A stretch of DNA of 64,000 nucleotides from Neophaeotheca triangularis (lineage: Eukaryota). Position numbers and translations under genes: made by a program. How positions within the stretch are numbered: the stretch's first letter is position 1; each line of letters starts with the position of its first letter. The stretch is from NCBI GenBank assembly GCA_054600435.1, contig BAAIJX010000076.1:1-64000 (forward strand), in the 5' to 3' direction. The notes beneath the pieces are model-generated. The model was not told the DNA's origin, searched no databases, and worked only from the letters and a program-made list of their open reading frames with translations. Positions 11,846 to 26,686 of the stretch are shown one piece after another.

Positions 11846-13688
11846 ATTGATAACGGTACAACAGTGGTAGACAACGACGACGGTATACCGAGAGTCCTGA
11901 GCCAGCAGATACCTCAAGCCACGCCGAGATTAGCCTCCTTACTTCAATACATGTAGTACGGTAGCACGTGTAGCGTTGCGGGGGACGCGTTTCTTTGACG
12001 AGGGGAATAACAATGAACGACAATAAGTCCGGCAGCCAAAGGAGTGAGACTGCTGGAACAAGGCACACACTGCTACACGAAAGTGGGAAGGGAGCGAAGA
12101 TGCACGGGCATGGACCTAGAGTAGATAGTAGGAGAGGAGAGGAGAGGTCTTTCGGTTCTCATACAGACGGACTACTTAGTTAATCGAGCCGGGGAGATTG
12201 ATACATTCGGCCAACGGCCTCCGTTTCAAGAATCAACCTGAAGCTGCAGCTTTAGCTTTAGCTCGAGCCCCCTTCTTCACGGCACCGCCCGGCGCAGGGG
12301 CTGAACCTACCCGCGAGCTACTAAGTAGTAGTACTCTCTTCCGACTTGGCCGAGACAAAAACTTCCGATTCTTCTCTTTCTCTCTCTCTCTTTCCCTTTT
12401 TTCTACGCACCAATGGCCCAACTTCCAATATCAACACACCACACTACTCGAGATACAAGACGTATAGATACGTGGATTGTTGTTGCCACATGCAGCTCGG
12501 ACTTCTTCCTTGCAACAATGATATCGAGATGGCCAATGCCTAGACCTCAAGGCTGACATCTATACATGGAATGGCTCGGTCTGCCATTCTGCTACTGAAA
12601 CGGCCCCAGGCTTCCTCTCACAATGCCCCGCAAGGCTCAGGCGTCCCTTGATCCAGGAGCTCACCACGGCTAAGTTCTTTCAACTTGATGCACACAACAC
12701 TCTCCTTGACGACGAACAAAGAGAACCCCACGAGCCCGGGCGTGTCAGCCATGAACCCCCTCGGGTATCGATACGCAACTAATCATCCCCCACTGCCCAA
12801 CTTTGCCAACACTCTGGCCTGACCTCCATACCTCTACGGTCCGGGCCTATTTTGGTGCAAAGAAGATCGAATGTAAACCCGCCCGATTACTCACCGCAAT
12901 GTCTCGCCTCGGCCGTGGGCACGGTGGTCCATATTTTGGGGCTACAACTTAGCTTAATTTGTACATTCTGTGCATGACCGATCAATATCTACAAGACTTC
13001 GGCAGCCGCCTGGCATGCTGATTTCGCTTTCTTATGTATCAGCCGACACCTTGAGATCTGTTCGTACCCGAGCGACAGATGCCCACACGTTCTTCGTAGT
13101 CGAGCTCATCGGTATTGTTCAATTTCTTGACATGCTGGGGTAACGTTGAAACTCGGGCGCCCCAGACGACCTGATCACGAAGATTCTCATAGAGTAGGCT
13201 TCGAAGTCTTTTCACCGTTGTAGGCAGAAGTGCTGCTTTGGTAGACCTGGCTCCTCGGACTAGTACTTTCCAGTTTCGCCAGGGATCTGTGATAGAGAAG
13301 CATTAGATGCCGTCCCCTCAGATTGACCGATAGGTATGCTAGCATTTCTCAGCATACCGTTACGTTAAGGTAGGTTGTTTAGGATGCCAGCTCGACATAG
13401 ATGAATCGATAGGGTTTCAAGCAAACCTACATTGTACGATATATGTTCTTTCCTCATACAACTCACGAGGTTTCAAGCGATAGGTATCCGTACGCCTTTG
13501 CGGGATAATGGTATCGTCGCTCTCGTATGCAACACCCAAACTCTGACCCTTTGCGCGCCTAATTCGGGTTTCGCGCCTCTCCATCGCGCTTTCACGTGCG
13601 CACTTTAGCCGAGCTTTCGCATCATCTCGACCTACTTCAACCTCGACAAAACGCAACGCACGTCCTCAAACATCCCAGTGACCTAGCG

Positions 13689-14330
13689 ATGCCAACAAAT
13701 CAAGGCGCGTACGGTGCCACCGCCGGCAACGACACCACCGGCTTCCGTAAAACCTGGGATCGGGAAGAATACGCCGCCAAAGCAGCCGAGACCGCAGCCA
13801 AAGAGCGCGAAGAAGGCAAAGCACGCTACGAAGCCAAGCTCGCAGGGAAGAAGTACCACGCGCGCGCATCAACACCCCCAGATGCCAAATTCACCGAAGC
13901 GCGACGCGCGCGCATCAACGTCGCCGACCGCATCGGGACTTCGGAGCTGGTGGCCGCTGGCGGCGGGCAAGGCAAGCGAGGCCAGAGCGCGGGCTTCTAC
14001 TGCAAATCGTGCGATTTGACTTTCAAAGACAATTTGCAGCTGGTCGAGCACGAGAATTCAAAGCAGCATCTTGTTGCTATTGGGGAGACGGGGGAGGTGC
14101 AAATTGCGAGCTTGGAGGAGGTCAAGGCGCGGTTTTGGTGGTTGGTGGAGAAGAGGGAGAAGGAGCGGGAATTGGAGAATGTGGGGTTAGAGGAGCGGTT
14201 GGGCCTGACACAGGAGGCGATTGACGAGGAAAGGGCGGAGAAGAGGCGGAGGCGGAACGAGAAGAGGAGGAAGACGAAGGATGGGTTGGGGCTGGAGCCG
14301 ATTGAGAGGGGAGTCAAGGCTGAGGAATGA
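13689..14330 (+). CDS. snu23: U4/U6.U5 tri-snRNP/B-complex zinc-finger protein Snu23/ZMAT2
   Basis: FRKTWDREEY and the matrin-type zinc finger GFYCKSCDLTFKDNLQLVEHENSKQH, followed by a charged tail. Confidence 0.9.
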   Translation: MPTNQGAYGATAGNDTTGFRKTWDREEYAAKAAETAAKEREEGKARYEAKLAGKKYHARASTPPDAKFTEARRARINVADRIGTSELVAAGGGQGKRGQSAGFYCKSCDLTFKDNLQLVEHENSKQHLVAIGETGEVQIASLEEVKARFWWLVEKREKERELENVGLEERLGLTQEAIDEERAEKRRRRNEKRRKTKDGLGLEPIERGVKAEE

Positions 14331-15188
14331 AAACGTTGCTTGGGTTGAAAAGCTTGCAAAACGTGTAGGCGGTTCCTTTTGGGCCTTGCTCCAGGCATTT
14401 CCCGGACTGACAATCACAGGACGACTATACAGCTACCCAGCTTCTCCGCCGGAGAAACTTCCTCTTATTCGCCGTTACATCCTCATGGACACAACAGTAC
14501 ACTGAAGGAAGAGTCCGATCAGCTCGACCAGCACATGTCCTTCTAGAGCTGGATGCGGTCCCACGCAGAGAAAGCCCCTCCAACCGAGCGCTTTATGTGG
14601 CGCAACCACGCTCGCTCTTACTCGGATACGCCTCGTAAGGGAGTCGACAGAGCGTTTCGCGATGAGCGGCTCGCTGAGACGGGCTTGGAGTTATCACTAA
14701 TTTAGTAGTTTGTTACTCCGAGCCGAGCGAGCGGGTAGAGCAGCCGGAAGCTGGAGGTCACGCTGGGCCGAAAGATGACTGTCGTACCAGCGATGGCCTG
14801 TCCGCTTGAGGGAGTTACAGTAGATAAAATAGTATAGAAAACCGAGCCACTTGGTTGATACTTCTTAACCAACTCCTTTGCCATCTGGTTCACTACCTAG
14901 GTAATGTCCGCAACTCACTGGCTGTTCGCATATTACATCCGCTTGTGAGCGAATCCCCTTGTCATCAAACGACCTAGCTTGTACACACCTCTTCCGAATT
15001 TGTGCATTCGCGCTTTCCTTCACCACCCACCTTCTTCTCAAATCATTTCCAGTCTGATATCTTGCATAAGGTACTTACTTTATGAGAGGCTTGAAGCACG
15101 CGAGTCAACTGCAGTTGGACCCTGACTCGGACTCGAGGACGCGCCAAGCCCACTTAACTCCGACCTCCGACTTTGTTTACTGCCGCCT

Positions 15189-15196
15189 ACGCGAAA
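15189..15196 (+). promoter_or_regulatory. MCB/SCB-like element (ACGCGAAA) upstream of TOP2
   Basis: Motif ~190 nt upstream of the ATG; other CGCG cores near 15099 and 15371-15379. Confidence 0.4.
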
Positions 15197-15384
15197 CGTC
15201 AAAGTCCAAACACCACTTTAAAGAAACAACAACCCATCTTCGAGGCCTGAGCCCCCACCATACAAGTTGCGGGCGCCTCAAGTTCACTACGCTCGCCAGG
15301 TCCATATGTGGGCTTTATCGTCACTCCTTCAACGCTCATACTAACCCTAACAGCTAATCATCTGCACGAGCGCGACGCGCAAAG

Positions 15385-18300
15385 ATGGACGAGTCAATGG
15401 AGGCTTCCGCCTTTGAGATGGACAACAGCGCGGGCAGTGACTTCGACCCTGAGCCTGTTCCCGTCAAAGCGGTGAGTGATACTCCTCTTCCACTCTTGAA
15501 GTGTCCGTGAGACTAATACCTTTCCAGAAGGCCAAGGCACCAGCGAAGAAGGCACCAGCAGCAGCAAAGGCCAAACCTGCTACCAAACAAACCACTCTCA
15601 AGCCGACAAAGGCTGCTGCGAGCAAACCCGCGCCCAAGAAGCGCTCGAAGCCGGAATCCGACGACGAGAACTCCGAGGATGGCGACTCCGCAGACGATCA
15701 ATCTCTCCTATCGAATACACCCCCGTCGAAGAAACAGAAGAAGGCCCCTGAGCCCAAGAAGGCAAGCACAAAAAATCCTCTAACAGAGATGGAGAATGAG
15801 AGCGTGGGCGAGGCAACTCCAATGTCGGCCATGAAAGCTAAAGCGAAGAAGGGTGGTGCTACGGACCAATATCAAAAGCTCACGCAGCTCGAACATATCC
15901 TTAAACGCCCGGACACCTACATCGGATCGGTCGAACCTACGACGGAACAAATGTGGGTGTTCAACTCAGAGGCAGAGATGATGGAGAACCGCAAAGTCAC
16001 ATTTGTGCCCGGTCTCTACAAGATTTTCGACGAAATTCTTGTCAACGCTGCCGACAACAAGCAACGGGACAAGAACATGGACGAGATGAGAGTCTGGATA
16101 AATCGTGAACAGGGCGTCATCGCAGTGCGCAACAACGGCCGTGGAATACCGATCGAGATGCATTCAAAGGAGGGCATCTGGATTCCTGAGATGATTTTCG
16201 GACACCTTCTCACCTCGTCCAACTACGATGACGACCAAGCGAAGGTCACTGGTGGCCGCAACGGATATGGTGCCAAGCTTACGAACATTTACTCTACGCA
16301 ATTCTCCCTCGAGACGGTGGATTCCAAGACGAAGCAAAAGTACAAGCAGACGTGGAAGAACAATATGGGAAACATGGAGAAGGCCAAGATCACGCCCATG
16401 AAGACTGGCAGCGATTACACCCAGATTACGTTCAAACCCGATTTCAGAAAGTTTGGCATGGACGAGATGGATGATGATTTCGAGGCGATAGTCAAGAGGC
16501 GAGTGTACGATATGGCTGGAACAGCTAAGGGTGTCAAGGTCTATCTGAATGACCAGCGCATCAAGATCAATAAGTTCAAGCAGTACATGGAGATGTACAC
16601 CAAGGCCATCAAGACTGAGAACATTGCCGACAACGGTGCAGCACCCGAGCAGGTTATTCTGACCGACAACCCTCACGAGAGATGGGAGATTGGATTCGCA
16701 GTCTCCGACGGCTCTTTCCAGCAGGTCTCATTCGTGAACTCGATCGCTACTACACACGGTGGAAGCCACGTCAACTTCATCGCGGACCAGATCGTCGAGC
16801 AACTCGCCCAGATTGTCAAGAAGAAGAACAAAGGCGGTGTCACTCTCAAACCGGCGCAGATCAAGAACCACATGTTTCTCTTCGTCAACGCTTTGATTGT
16901 GAATCCCTCTTTCACCTCGCAAACGAAGGAACAGCTCACGACACGCTCAAACGCGTTTGGAAGCAAGCCTACTGTTAGCGAGAAGTTCCTCAAGGACATT
17001 GCGAAGACGGATGTCGTGTCGAACATTCTACACTTTGCCCAGCAAAAAGCCGACAAGGTGCTGGCAAAGTCGGACGGCAACAGGCGCCAGCGCATGAACA
17101 ACCCTAAGCTCACTGACGCAAACAAGGCCGGCACAAAGGACGGCTGGAAGTGCACCCTGATCCTGACGGAAGGTGACTCTGCCTCTCTACTCGCCCTCGC
17201 AGGCCGTGCTGTGGTCAATCCCGATCTGTTCGGTGTCTTTCCGCTGCGTGGTAAATTGCTCAACGTGCGCGATGCATCAGTCGACCAAATTACCAAGAAT
17301 GCCGAGATCCAGAACATCAAAAAGTTCATGGGATTGCAGCACAAGAAAGAGTACAACGACACGAAGAGTCTACGATACGGCCATCTCATGATCATGACGG
17401 ATCAGGATCACGACGGCTCCCATATCAAAGGGCTCTTGATCAACTTCCTGCAGGTTCAATTCCCGAGTCTGCTCAAGCTGCCCGGCTTCCTGATGGAGTT
17501 CATCACGCCTATTGTCAGGGTCTGGAAGGGCGATCAAAAGCATCCCAAGGCCAAGCGCGACTTTTTCACCATGCCTGAATACGAAGCATGGAGGCTTGAG
17601 CCGGGCCACGACAAGGGTTGGGACCACAAATACTACAAGGGATTGGGTACCTCAGATACCTCGGACGCAGAGATTTACTTCGCCGATCTCGACAAGCATC
17701 TCAAGCAGTTCCATACCATGCAGCAAGGCGAGCCGGACATGATCGACCTGGCCTTCTCCAAGAAGAAAGCCGACGCACGCAAAGGATGGCTACAGAATTA
17801 TGTTCCCGGGACGTACTTGGACATGTCTGGCACCGACCAAATCACCTACGACGACTTCATCAACAAAGAGCTCATCCTCTTCTCGATGGCCGACAACATG
17901 CGCTCAATCCCTTCCGTCGTCGATGGTTTCAAGCCTGGTCAGCGCAAGGTCCTCTATACTTGCTTCCGTCGCAACCTCAAAAAGGACGTCAAGGTCGTGG
18001 AGCTTGCCGGATCCGTCTCTGGCTTGACTGCCTACGCCTATGGTGATACATCACTCCAACAGACTATCGTCGGTCTCGCTCAGAACTTTGTCGGCTCCAA
18101 CAACATCAATTGCCTCGTGCCAAGCGGTAACTTCGGTTCTCGTCTCCAAGGCGGACAAGATGCCGCCAGCGCACGTTATATCTATACTAGGCTCTCTCCG
18201 TTTGCCCGCCGTATCTTTCACCAGACCGATGAGGCACTGCTACAATACAATCTAGATGATGGGAAGACCATCGAGCCTGAGATTTACGTGCCGATTGTCC

Positions 18301-20918
18301 CCATGATTCTCATCAACGGCGCCGACGGCATTGGCACTGGCTGGAGTACAACGATTCCCAACTTCAATCCAGCGGACATCATCGAGAACCTCAAGCGGCG
18401 TATGCGCGGAAGCTCCAAGGACGACATGGAGAACATGAAGCCTTGGTTCCGTGGCTGGACTGGTGAAGCTGAGCAAATTGGCGAAGATCGGTTCAGGTTT
18501 TCTGGTGTAGTGACCCGAACCGGCGACAATGAAGTCGAGGTCACCGAACTGCCGGTGCGCTTGTGGACTCAAGACTTCAAGGAACGCCTGGAAGAAATCA
18601 TCAAGTCTGAAAAGGTGCCGTCTTTCATCAAGGACTACACCGAGTACAACACGCCCACCAAGGTGCACTTCATCATCAAGATGGAAGAGAAGGAAGTCAA
18701 GCTTTCCATGAGCAAGGAGGGCGGGTTGGAGGACATGTTCAAGCTTTCAAAGACCATGGCGACCACCAACCTTGTAGCTTTCGACCGTCACGGCAGAATT
18801 CACAAGTATGCCACGGTGCTCGACATCATGGAGGAGTTCTACCACATCCGTCTCGAGTACTACCAGAAGCGCAAGGCGTACATGCTGGGCGAGATGGAGC
18901 TCGTTCTCAAGAAGCTCACTAACCAAGCCCGCTTCGTCAAGATGATCATCGACGGTAAACTCTCGGTGAGTCGCAAGAAGAAGTCTGCTCTCGTTGCGGA
19001 GCTTCAAAAACTTGGGTTCGATCGCTTCCCGAAGGCGACGGATGCGAAGAAGACTGGAGAGTTCGAGGCTGTCGTTGAGGACGAGAACGCTGATGAAGCC
19101 GACGACGCTGAAACTGCTGCCGGTGCCACGGACTACGACTACCTTCTTGGCATGGCCATTTGGTCCCTCACCCAGGAGCGTGTTGAGAGGCTCAACCGCC
19201 AGATTGGCGATAAGGAAGATGAAATCACAATCCTCACGAAACTCTCTGCGAAGGATCTCTGGACCAAGGACCTGGACGAGCTGCTTGAGGAGTGGCAGAA
19301 CCAACTCGACGATGACGCTAAAATCGCGAAGAAGTCCAAGTCGAAATCTAAAGGCCGTCGCGCTTCGGCCAAACTCGGCATAGGAGGCGGGAAAGGCAAG
19401 AAGCGCAAGGCTGGTGACGACTCGGACTTTGACGACGACAGTGATTCCGACTTTGGGCCGAAGAAGGTCAAGGCTGCTGCTGCGAAGACGAAGAAGGCTA
19501 CGGGTGGCTTACTGGGGGTAAAAGTTGAGGCTAAAAGCAGTGGCGTGGCTGGGCTGGCAAACATGATCAATAGCGTTGAGCAGAAGCCTGTCTCTAAGCC
19601 TCCGGCTGAGCAGATGACTCTCGACAGCGCGTTTGAGGTCAAGGCTGTTCCCAAGGCAGCTACTGAGGCAAGCAAGAAGGCGCCCCCGAAAGTGCAAGAG
19701 ATCGACTCCGACGATGAAGACGTCTTTGCTGCAGTCGCTGCAGAGGAACCCGCGCCAGCTGCTAGGACTACGACTCGGCCCCGTAAAGCCGCTCCCAAGG
19801 TTGTCTCTGATGAAGACGAGAGCGAGGAGTTCGTGGATGCTGAAGAGGCCCCAGCTCCGAAGCCTGCTGCAAAGCCAGCCAGGACCGCTGCAAGCAAGAA
19901 GGCACCCGCGAAGGCCCCTTCGCCTGCGGAAGATGACGACTTCATGGACATCGACGGCAATGACGATAATGTGCCATCGAAGGCCGCGGCGAAGCCTTCC
20001 AAAGCACCGAGCAAGTCTGCTGCTGCTAAGAAGGCTCCAGCGAAGTCCGCTATGGACAACGACGACATGGATGTCGACAACGAACCAGTGAAGCCCGCCG
20101 CCCGACGTGCTCGTGGCGCCGCCGCTCAAAAGCCCAACTACGCTCTTTCCGACGACAGTGAGCCTGACGCAGGCGACAACAAGCTCGACGATGTCAGCAC
20201 CATGGTCAAGGGTATCGGCGCCGGTACTACTACCGAAGGCGCCACCCGTTTCTTCCACCCACAATCTGTTTCCCGTCCCTCCAGCCGTGGTGTCAAGAAT
20301 GACAAGAAGATTGGAGCCGGCGCAGATATATCCGACGATGAGACAGACTGGGGTGCGCTAGCTCAAAACTCGCCACAGAAGATAGGACATACTGCCATGG
20401 GCTCTGACGACGACTCTCTGCTTTCTCTCCGCGAGTCGCGCCCTGCACCCAAGGCTGCCGCAACTAAGCCCGGCGCAGCGAAGACCACTGCCGCGTCGTC
20501 CAAGACTAACGGAACTCTCAAGCCCAAGAAGGCGCCTGCCCCTGCTGCACTTGAGCCCAAGACCCTTTCTCCCGCCGCAAAGGCCTATAAGAAGAAGCAG
20601 GAAGCCGCGCAAGCCAAAACAGGAGCCACGGCGGCCGCTACTTCCAAGCCGAAAGCCGCTCCTAAGAAGAAGAAGGTGCAAGAATCTTCGGATCTTGAGG
20701 ATGCCGATGAGCTTGCGGACGAGATCTTGGGTGAAGATGGCGAGAGCGATGCCGAAGAGGAAGCTCCTGTGCCCAAGCCTGTCGCTGTTTCTGGCAGACC
20801 TTCGCGTCGTGCGGCGGCGGCGCCGGCGAAGAGCAAGTATGTGGTTGATGACGACGATGAGGATGAGAGTGAGCAGGACGAGAGTGCTACGTTCGATGAT
20901 GGAGATGAAAGTGATTAG
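15385..20918 (+). CDS. top2: DNA topoisomerase II; intron 15472-15527
   Basis: EHILKRPDTYIGS, FDEILVNAADN, GGRNGYGAK, TEGDSA, PLRGK, MTDQDHDG and ASARY (catalytic Tyr). The short first exon joins in frame via GTGAGT...CTAAT...CAG. Confidence 0.98.
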
Positions 20919-23240
20919 GGGCAGGTGTCACGAGGCAGGTTGCTCCGATGATGGGGATAACGGGTGGAGAGAGAGGAAGGGCAAAGGGACGATGGCCATT
21001 TCGTAATGTGGTTTTTATTGTGCTTTGCTTCAAGACGGTTGGGCTTCTGGGAACGGATGATACCTACTGGGTTTGGCTTCTGAGGTGTTCTTGGGCGCTG
21101 GAGCATGTTCTGTGGGTTGCAGTGTCTTAGATAGCATGCTAGTCGATGCAGAGTACCAGTTGCTTGCTCAACACCTTCTCGTAGTCGCCATCAGCATATG
21201 ACCTCGGTTCCAGCTCGGGAAACGCTCGGACAACTTTCGAGACGTCACCTCCATCAATCGTTTCGTCTCTCCATGCTACATGTAACTTTCAATATCAGTG
21301 CCACAAAATATTCAACCCTTGTCCTGTCAAACCTGTCAATGCGCGTAACCATGACAGCCCCATCGCACCGTAACGCTCTCTCCCCGGGTTCGCAGCAAGC
21401 GATTGACAGGCCCGTGCCACAAGATTTCCCTGACGCTGCACCCTCGGCCACGGCATCGAGGCAACGGGTACGGGCATGAACGTGAAGTTGCAGTAGGCAG
21501 GTGGAGACTGAATCGCACCCCTGCGAAGCGGTCTGTGTGAAACACTTTTTTCGGCGCCATAGAGCGGCAAAACGGTGAGTGCCAGTCTGGAGGCCATGCT
21601 GGGAGTTTTCTTTGTCTTCGATGGCAGCGGTGAGGAGGTGCGTGATGCAAATTTCCGTTCAAACGACCTTACAAATTTCAGCTAATCCGAAGGCGAAAGC
21701 ACCATTATCGCGTCAGTCGGAAGAGGCAGCACAATAGGTAAATAACATGATCCACACAACTGTCACAACAATATCAATGGCCTCGCGGAAAGAGGCCGAC
21801 CGGTCCTACAAAACACAGACTCGAGGCCCCTCCCGCTGTCAACCACAATGAGGTAGCCCGGACCGCTAGACCAACACATGAGATTGTTCAGGTGTAACGC
21901 GAAAGAAATCTTCCATTGGCCGAGCGCCGCTTTTCTGCCTTCCGCTGAGCCGCTGCCGCCCTGACGAGGTTTCGGATCCTTGCAGAACCACGCTTGCTCG
22001 CAGCAACCCATGCTTTCCCGCATGCTCTGGTGCGCTCGTTGAGTCGTATGACGAGTGATATCGATGTCCCTGACGAATGGCCGTGGTGGCCAAACGAGGT
22101 GTTCTACGCGTGCAAATGGCGGGCTTGGTATCTGTGAAAATTCATCTTCGATTCGTCCTGGCTATGGGCCGGCTCAGAGAGCAATGCAAGGTAGACATGT
22201 TCTTGCGAATCGATATGCACCTCCTGCCACTATCTGGGAGCCTGCAGCAGAGGTTCATCACTGCAGTCGCCATGGACCCACCACTTCTGAGCTCGACCTG
22301 GTCCTTTTAAGGTGGTTACACTCCCACGGTATCTGGGGTGCATAGAAGTTTGATGCAGGTCCCGATTGATCGACGTCGTCAGGAACATTGAATTCAAACG
22401 TCCCTACACTCGCCTTGCTGATGACACAGATGGGATTCGTGCGATCACACTGGGACATTTCCGTCTATGAACGGTGCAATGCTTGCCTCGTTGATTCGTG
22501 ACTACATTGCTTGCTTCGAGCTTTGGGGCAGACATTGCGGGAAGAGTCAGAGCTGAGACCCCCTCCCCAAACGTAGCTGTTTGCCAGGGTTTTTGAGAAG
22601 CACAATGCCTTTGCTTGAGGGCGTCATTCTTGATTGGCGCTCTGGGTCTTGACGCCGGAGTGGCTCTATCGGGACTGCGCTCCACTATGCAGTTTTTTGT
22701 GTACATTGATGCTCTTTCTCGGCCTCGCTCCCAGCAAAAAAAAAAAAGAAAAAAGGTCTTTACCTCGCCAAACGCTGACGCGCATTACTTTGAAGACACT
22801 GCAAGAGCGCGAAAGGTGCATCTGAAACATCTGCTTTGTCCCACACCGCAAACTTCACCTCACCCATTCTTGTCTAGGCAAACCACGAATGCGTTCGCTG
22901 CGCTAGTCTCCCCGCCCGTTCGCTGCATACACAAGCAAAAAGCGGCTTCTTTCTTTGCTCTTTCTCACGTCACCTCACCTGCCGAGAGCTACGGACCGCC
23001 TTTGATCTGCGAGACATTGCACATTGCGGAGACTGCCGCCCTTCACCAGAATCTGCCAACAAGGTCTATCAAAGCAATTGCTGCTCGATGACTGGCCGCT
23101 CTACCCTGGCAGCTGCAGTATAAGGCCGTTCGCTGACCTCGTCCTTGGCCGTCTTCTTCTTCGATTCACCGCTTTGCAAACTACCTGCAGAGCTCTGCTA
23201 GTCACCGCTGCCCGGCACCTCAATACACATCGCCGCCGAA

Positions 23241-25178
23241 ATGCCTTCCACCACGTCTCCATCAATGCCTTCGCCGTACTCTGAACCTATTCGCGACAGC
23301 CTCTCACCCCTACCTCCGAACAAGCCTACCAAAACCAGCAACAGTTCGAAGATGCTCAAGATTCAATCGCTGCTTAATCCCTCCACGCACGACAACCTTG
23401 TCCACACCAATCTCCATTCCGCCAGCCCTCCACCCACGCCAGCATACACCGTCGAAAGCGCTTCACAATCACCAAGCCCTCATGCAACCTCCAAGCCCAC
23501 ACCTTCACCTAGCAAGCGCCAGAAGCTGGTCAAAGATGCCGCAGTGTTCGTTCGCGGTGCGGTGAAGGGCGCTGTCAACTACCCACCATTTGAGTGCACC
23601 GAAGACGCCATCTGTCTCACCAAAGACCAACACGCCGAAATGGCAGCTCAACACCAGCATTTCGAGGTTTTCCCATCCGGGCAAGGATCTCAGGGTCATA
23701 TCGGGGACTACGTCCGCCACATACCATACTCTAGCGAAAAAAAGAGCTTCTTCGGCAAAACAGGCAGAGAGGCTTTCGATGGTACGTCAAAGTTGTTTGT
23801 GACCTTTCAGGTTGATGCTAACGTTGCGCTGCAGTCTTCCAGTACACCTTCCGTGTGCCTGATGATCCGGAGAAGCGCGTGCACACGGTCATGTGGGATT
23901 ATCAAGTCGGCCTTGTCCGCATCACGCCCTTCTTCAAAGCATGCAAGTACTCCAAGGTATGTTAGAGTAGATCCACTTTCGTCGTTTTCCCCTCCAAATG
24001 CAGCGAATACACTGGTTGGAAGTCGCTAATTTTTGTATAAGACGACCCCAGCCAAAGCTCTTACCACCAATACTGGTCTCAAAGAACTTTCCCATTCCAT
24101 CACTGGCGGAGCTCTCGCTGCTCAAGGGTACTGGATGCCATACGCCTGCGCCCGAGCAATCTGCTTGACCTTTGCGTATCCGATCCGCTGGGCCTTGACT
24201 CCCATCTTCGGCCCTTCCTTCATCAAAGAATGTCTCAAACCAGAACATCCTGGATTCGCAAGGTTCAAGGTCGAGCGTGAGGTTGTGCGTTGTGCTCAGC
24301 TCGAGGTTGAAGGATGGAAGGGTGCCAGTCGTGATGGGACTCCAGCGGATGGTCAGGAAGGGGATAACACGACTGAGATACCAAGGAGTGCTCCCGACAG
24401 CAACACCGTCGCTGGTAAGCAGCTCCGCCCACGTAAGGAGATGCCTCGATTCAAGGCTGGCTCTCCGTTCAGTGGCATTTCATCCGCGGACGAGGACGCA
24501 GCAGCAGACCCATACTACAGCCAGACCCCAATCACTTCTGCTGTCGATAGCCCAGCTGTCTCTCCCAAAAGCAACCCCATCGGCTCTCCAGCTTGGGCTT
24601 CAGTCAACACGCCCCGCCGCATCTTGCCTGCATCGTCTCCTCGTGCGCCAGCCAATATCCCCAACCAGTCTCTGTCTCACCACCTTCCCATAGCGACCGA
24701 GCAGTCTCCCTACTCCGCAACCACAAGCTGGCGTGACGCACTCCCGGCAAACGACCGCCACTTTGTTCCCGCCCAGCCCAAGACGCCCATGAACGGAGGG
24801 CGAACTCTCAACCCGGGTCCAAAGCGACGCATTTCCACTTTCGAGCACGACGACGAGGTTGCTTACGTTGACACAGCCACCGAAAGCAACTACAGCTCCG
24901 ACAGCGACACCACTCCCGTCGTTGGCAACAAGGCCAAGAGGCAGAGACGTGAGCATGTACCGGTGGAAAGGGCTGCCGTCACGCCCACGCCTATGCAGCC
25001 ACCAGGTCGCGGCACTCCTTTTGCTGGTCAGAGTACCAAGTACACTGCCACTGAAGCCCGTGCCGCGCACTGGTTGCTGAAGCTGAGTTTGCGTGACTCG
25101 CAGTTGGCGCATTCGGGTACTGTCAGTCCGGGTATCGGGGCTGGCAAGGGTCAGAAGAGGAGAGCGAGCGTTTTGTAG
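23241..25178 (+). CDS. APSES/KilA-N transcription factor (Xbp1-like); introns 23782-23834 and 23957-24041
   Basis: The spliced product contains [27 protein letters not shown]...[30 protein letters not shown]...[16 protein letters not shown]. The second intron ends in AAG. Confidence 0.88.
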
Positions 25179-25468
25179 GAAAGCGCGAAATGGTGGAAGG
25201 TTACGATTGCATGGTGTTCACGACTGACACGAGACATTGGGATGGCTTTTTCTTGACGTGCTGAGACGTCTCGGTCAGTCAGCGAAAGGATTTTTTTGTT
25301 TTCAGACTTGTTTGACTGCGGAGACGCGCCTGCAGCTCTAGACGCGGCTCAAAGGATAGTAGCCGCTTTCATTAAGTATCAATTTGCATTTGGGAGAAAT
25401 TGCTCATCTCATGAAAGCCCGCATCAATCGTGATCGTCTCGCCACCACTCCAAGACCCAAGACATCCT

Positions 25469-26318
25469 TCACTTGCCCCCAGCCTTCACCTTCGCCATTC
25501 TCTCCTTGGTAGCCTTGACACTGGCCTCTGCATCAAAAACAGACAAAACACTCCGCTGCCCCGCCACAGCCGTAGCCCACTTGTTAAAATTCGGCAATCT
25601 CTCAACCCTCTCCCGGAAAGACTTGGGAATCAGCTCGCCATCTCCACTCAGCGTCCACAATCTCACGAGTGTGGGCGCGACAATGACTTCGGCAAAAGTC
25701 ATCTGCTGCGCGCCGTCGAAGAAGGGGCCGGCGTTGCTCAGGAGCGGCTCGATTTCCTTTTCCATCGCTGCGTATAGCGCTTCCGTTTTTGTTTGTACTT
25801 CTTCGTCGCTTTTGGCGAGGAGGATTGGGAACATGGCGCTGGCGATTTTGCTGTTCCAGGCTATGAGCGTTTTGTGTTAGTATTGTTTGTTGGATGGAGG
25901 GGACATGGGGACTGTGTGAGTGTAGTGGCTTACTGTCGGTGAAAAAGGCTACGCGCGCTCTCTTCAGCGGTGCAAAAGGCGATTCTAGGCTCGCCGGCAA
26001 CAAGTGCGAGGGCCGACTGTCGGCAAGAAACTGCGCTACGATGGCGGATTCGGTGATGATTTCTTCGTCCAGGATGCCCGGGACGCTGTATTTGATTGTT
26101 GGCACGAGACCGCGGGGGTTGATGTCGAGGTACCATTGCGGTCGCGGCGTGCTCAGGTCGATGATTACTTCTTCAAAGGGGAGTTGGAGTTCTTCGAGCG
26201 CGATGTGGGCGCGGTGGGCGTAAGGGCAGTTGTGGTTGGTGTAGAGGGTTATCTTGGGGGCGGTGGCGGCTGGGGGGTGTTCGAAGCCGTCGGCTGAATG
26301 ATTTGTTTGGGCGGCCAT
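25469..26318 (-). CDS. Glutathione S-transferase, Cys-type (omega-like); intron 25861-25933
   Basis: CPYAHR active site, NPRGLVP and ESAIV motifs; GST C-terminal domain after GTAAGC...CTAAC...TAG. Confidence 0.9.
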
Positions 26319-26686
26319 GGTTACGATCACTGGTTTTTCCTTTTGAGTGTTTGGGTTTTGTTGCTCGATTCCCTCTAGACTGTGTAAGTTGTTGAGTTTC
26401 TGTATATCCGTACATGAGATAGACCCATTCAACTTAGCGCCTTCATCGCTGTATTACTAATCCATTTCTCGAGAGAACGGCCTCGTCATCTACAACTCAA
26501 AGCCTACATAGGCACATTAATGGCACCGGACTCAACTAAGGTAGCTTCCTTACCATGACATCCGATGGCCAACCACCAGTATATGCATTCCACTGCAAGC
26601 TGACGAGTGTACTGGATCCTGGAGCCTCTTTGAAAGGTAACAGCACTTCCGCCAACATTCCATGCCGTTAGAAAAGTCAGAAGATT

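Noticed and set aside
12500..13400. Possible gene relic between the TBC gene and snu23
   Set aside because: No consistent frame or recognisable motif.
15341..15350. CTAACCCTAA as an alternative telomerase template
   Set aside because: It lies 35 nt before the TOP2 ATG and is followed by CAG, so it fits a branch site or 5' UTR sequence; no surrounding structured RNA was seen.
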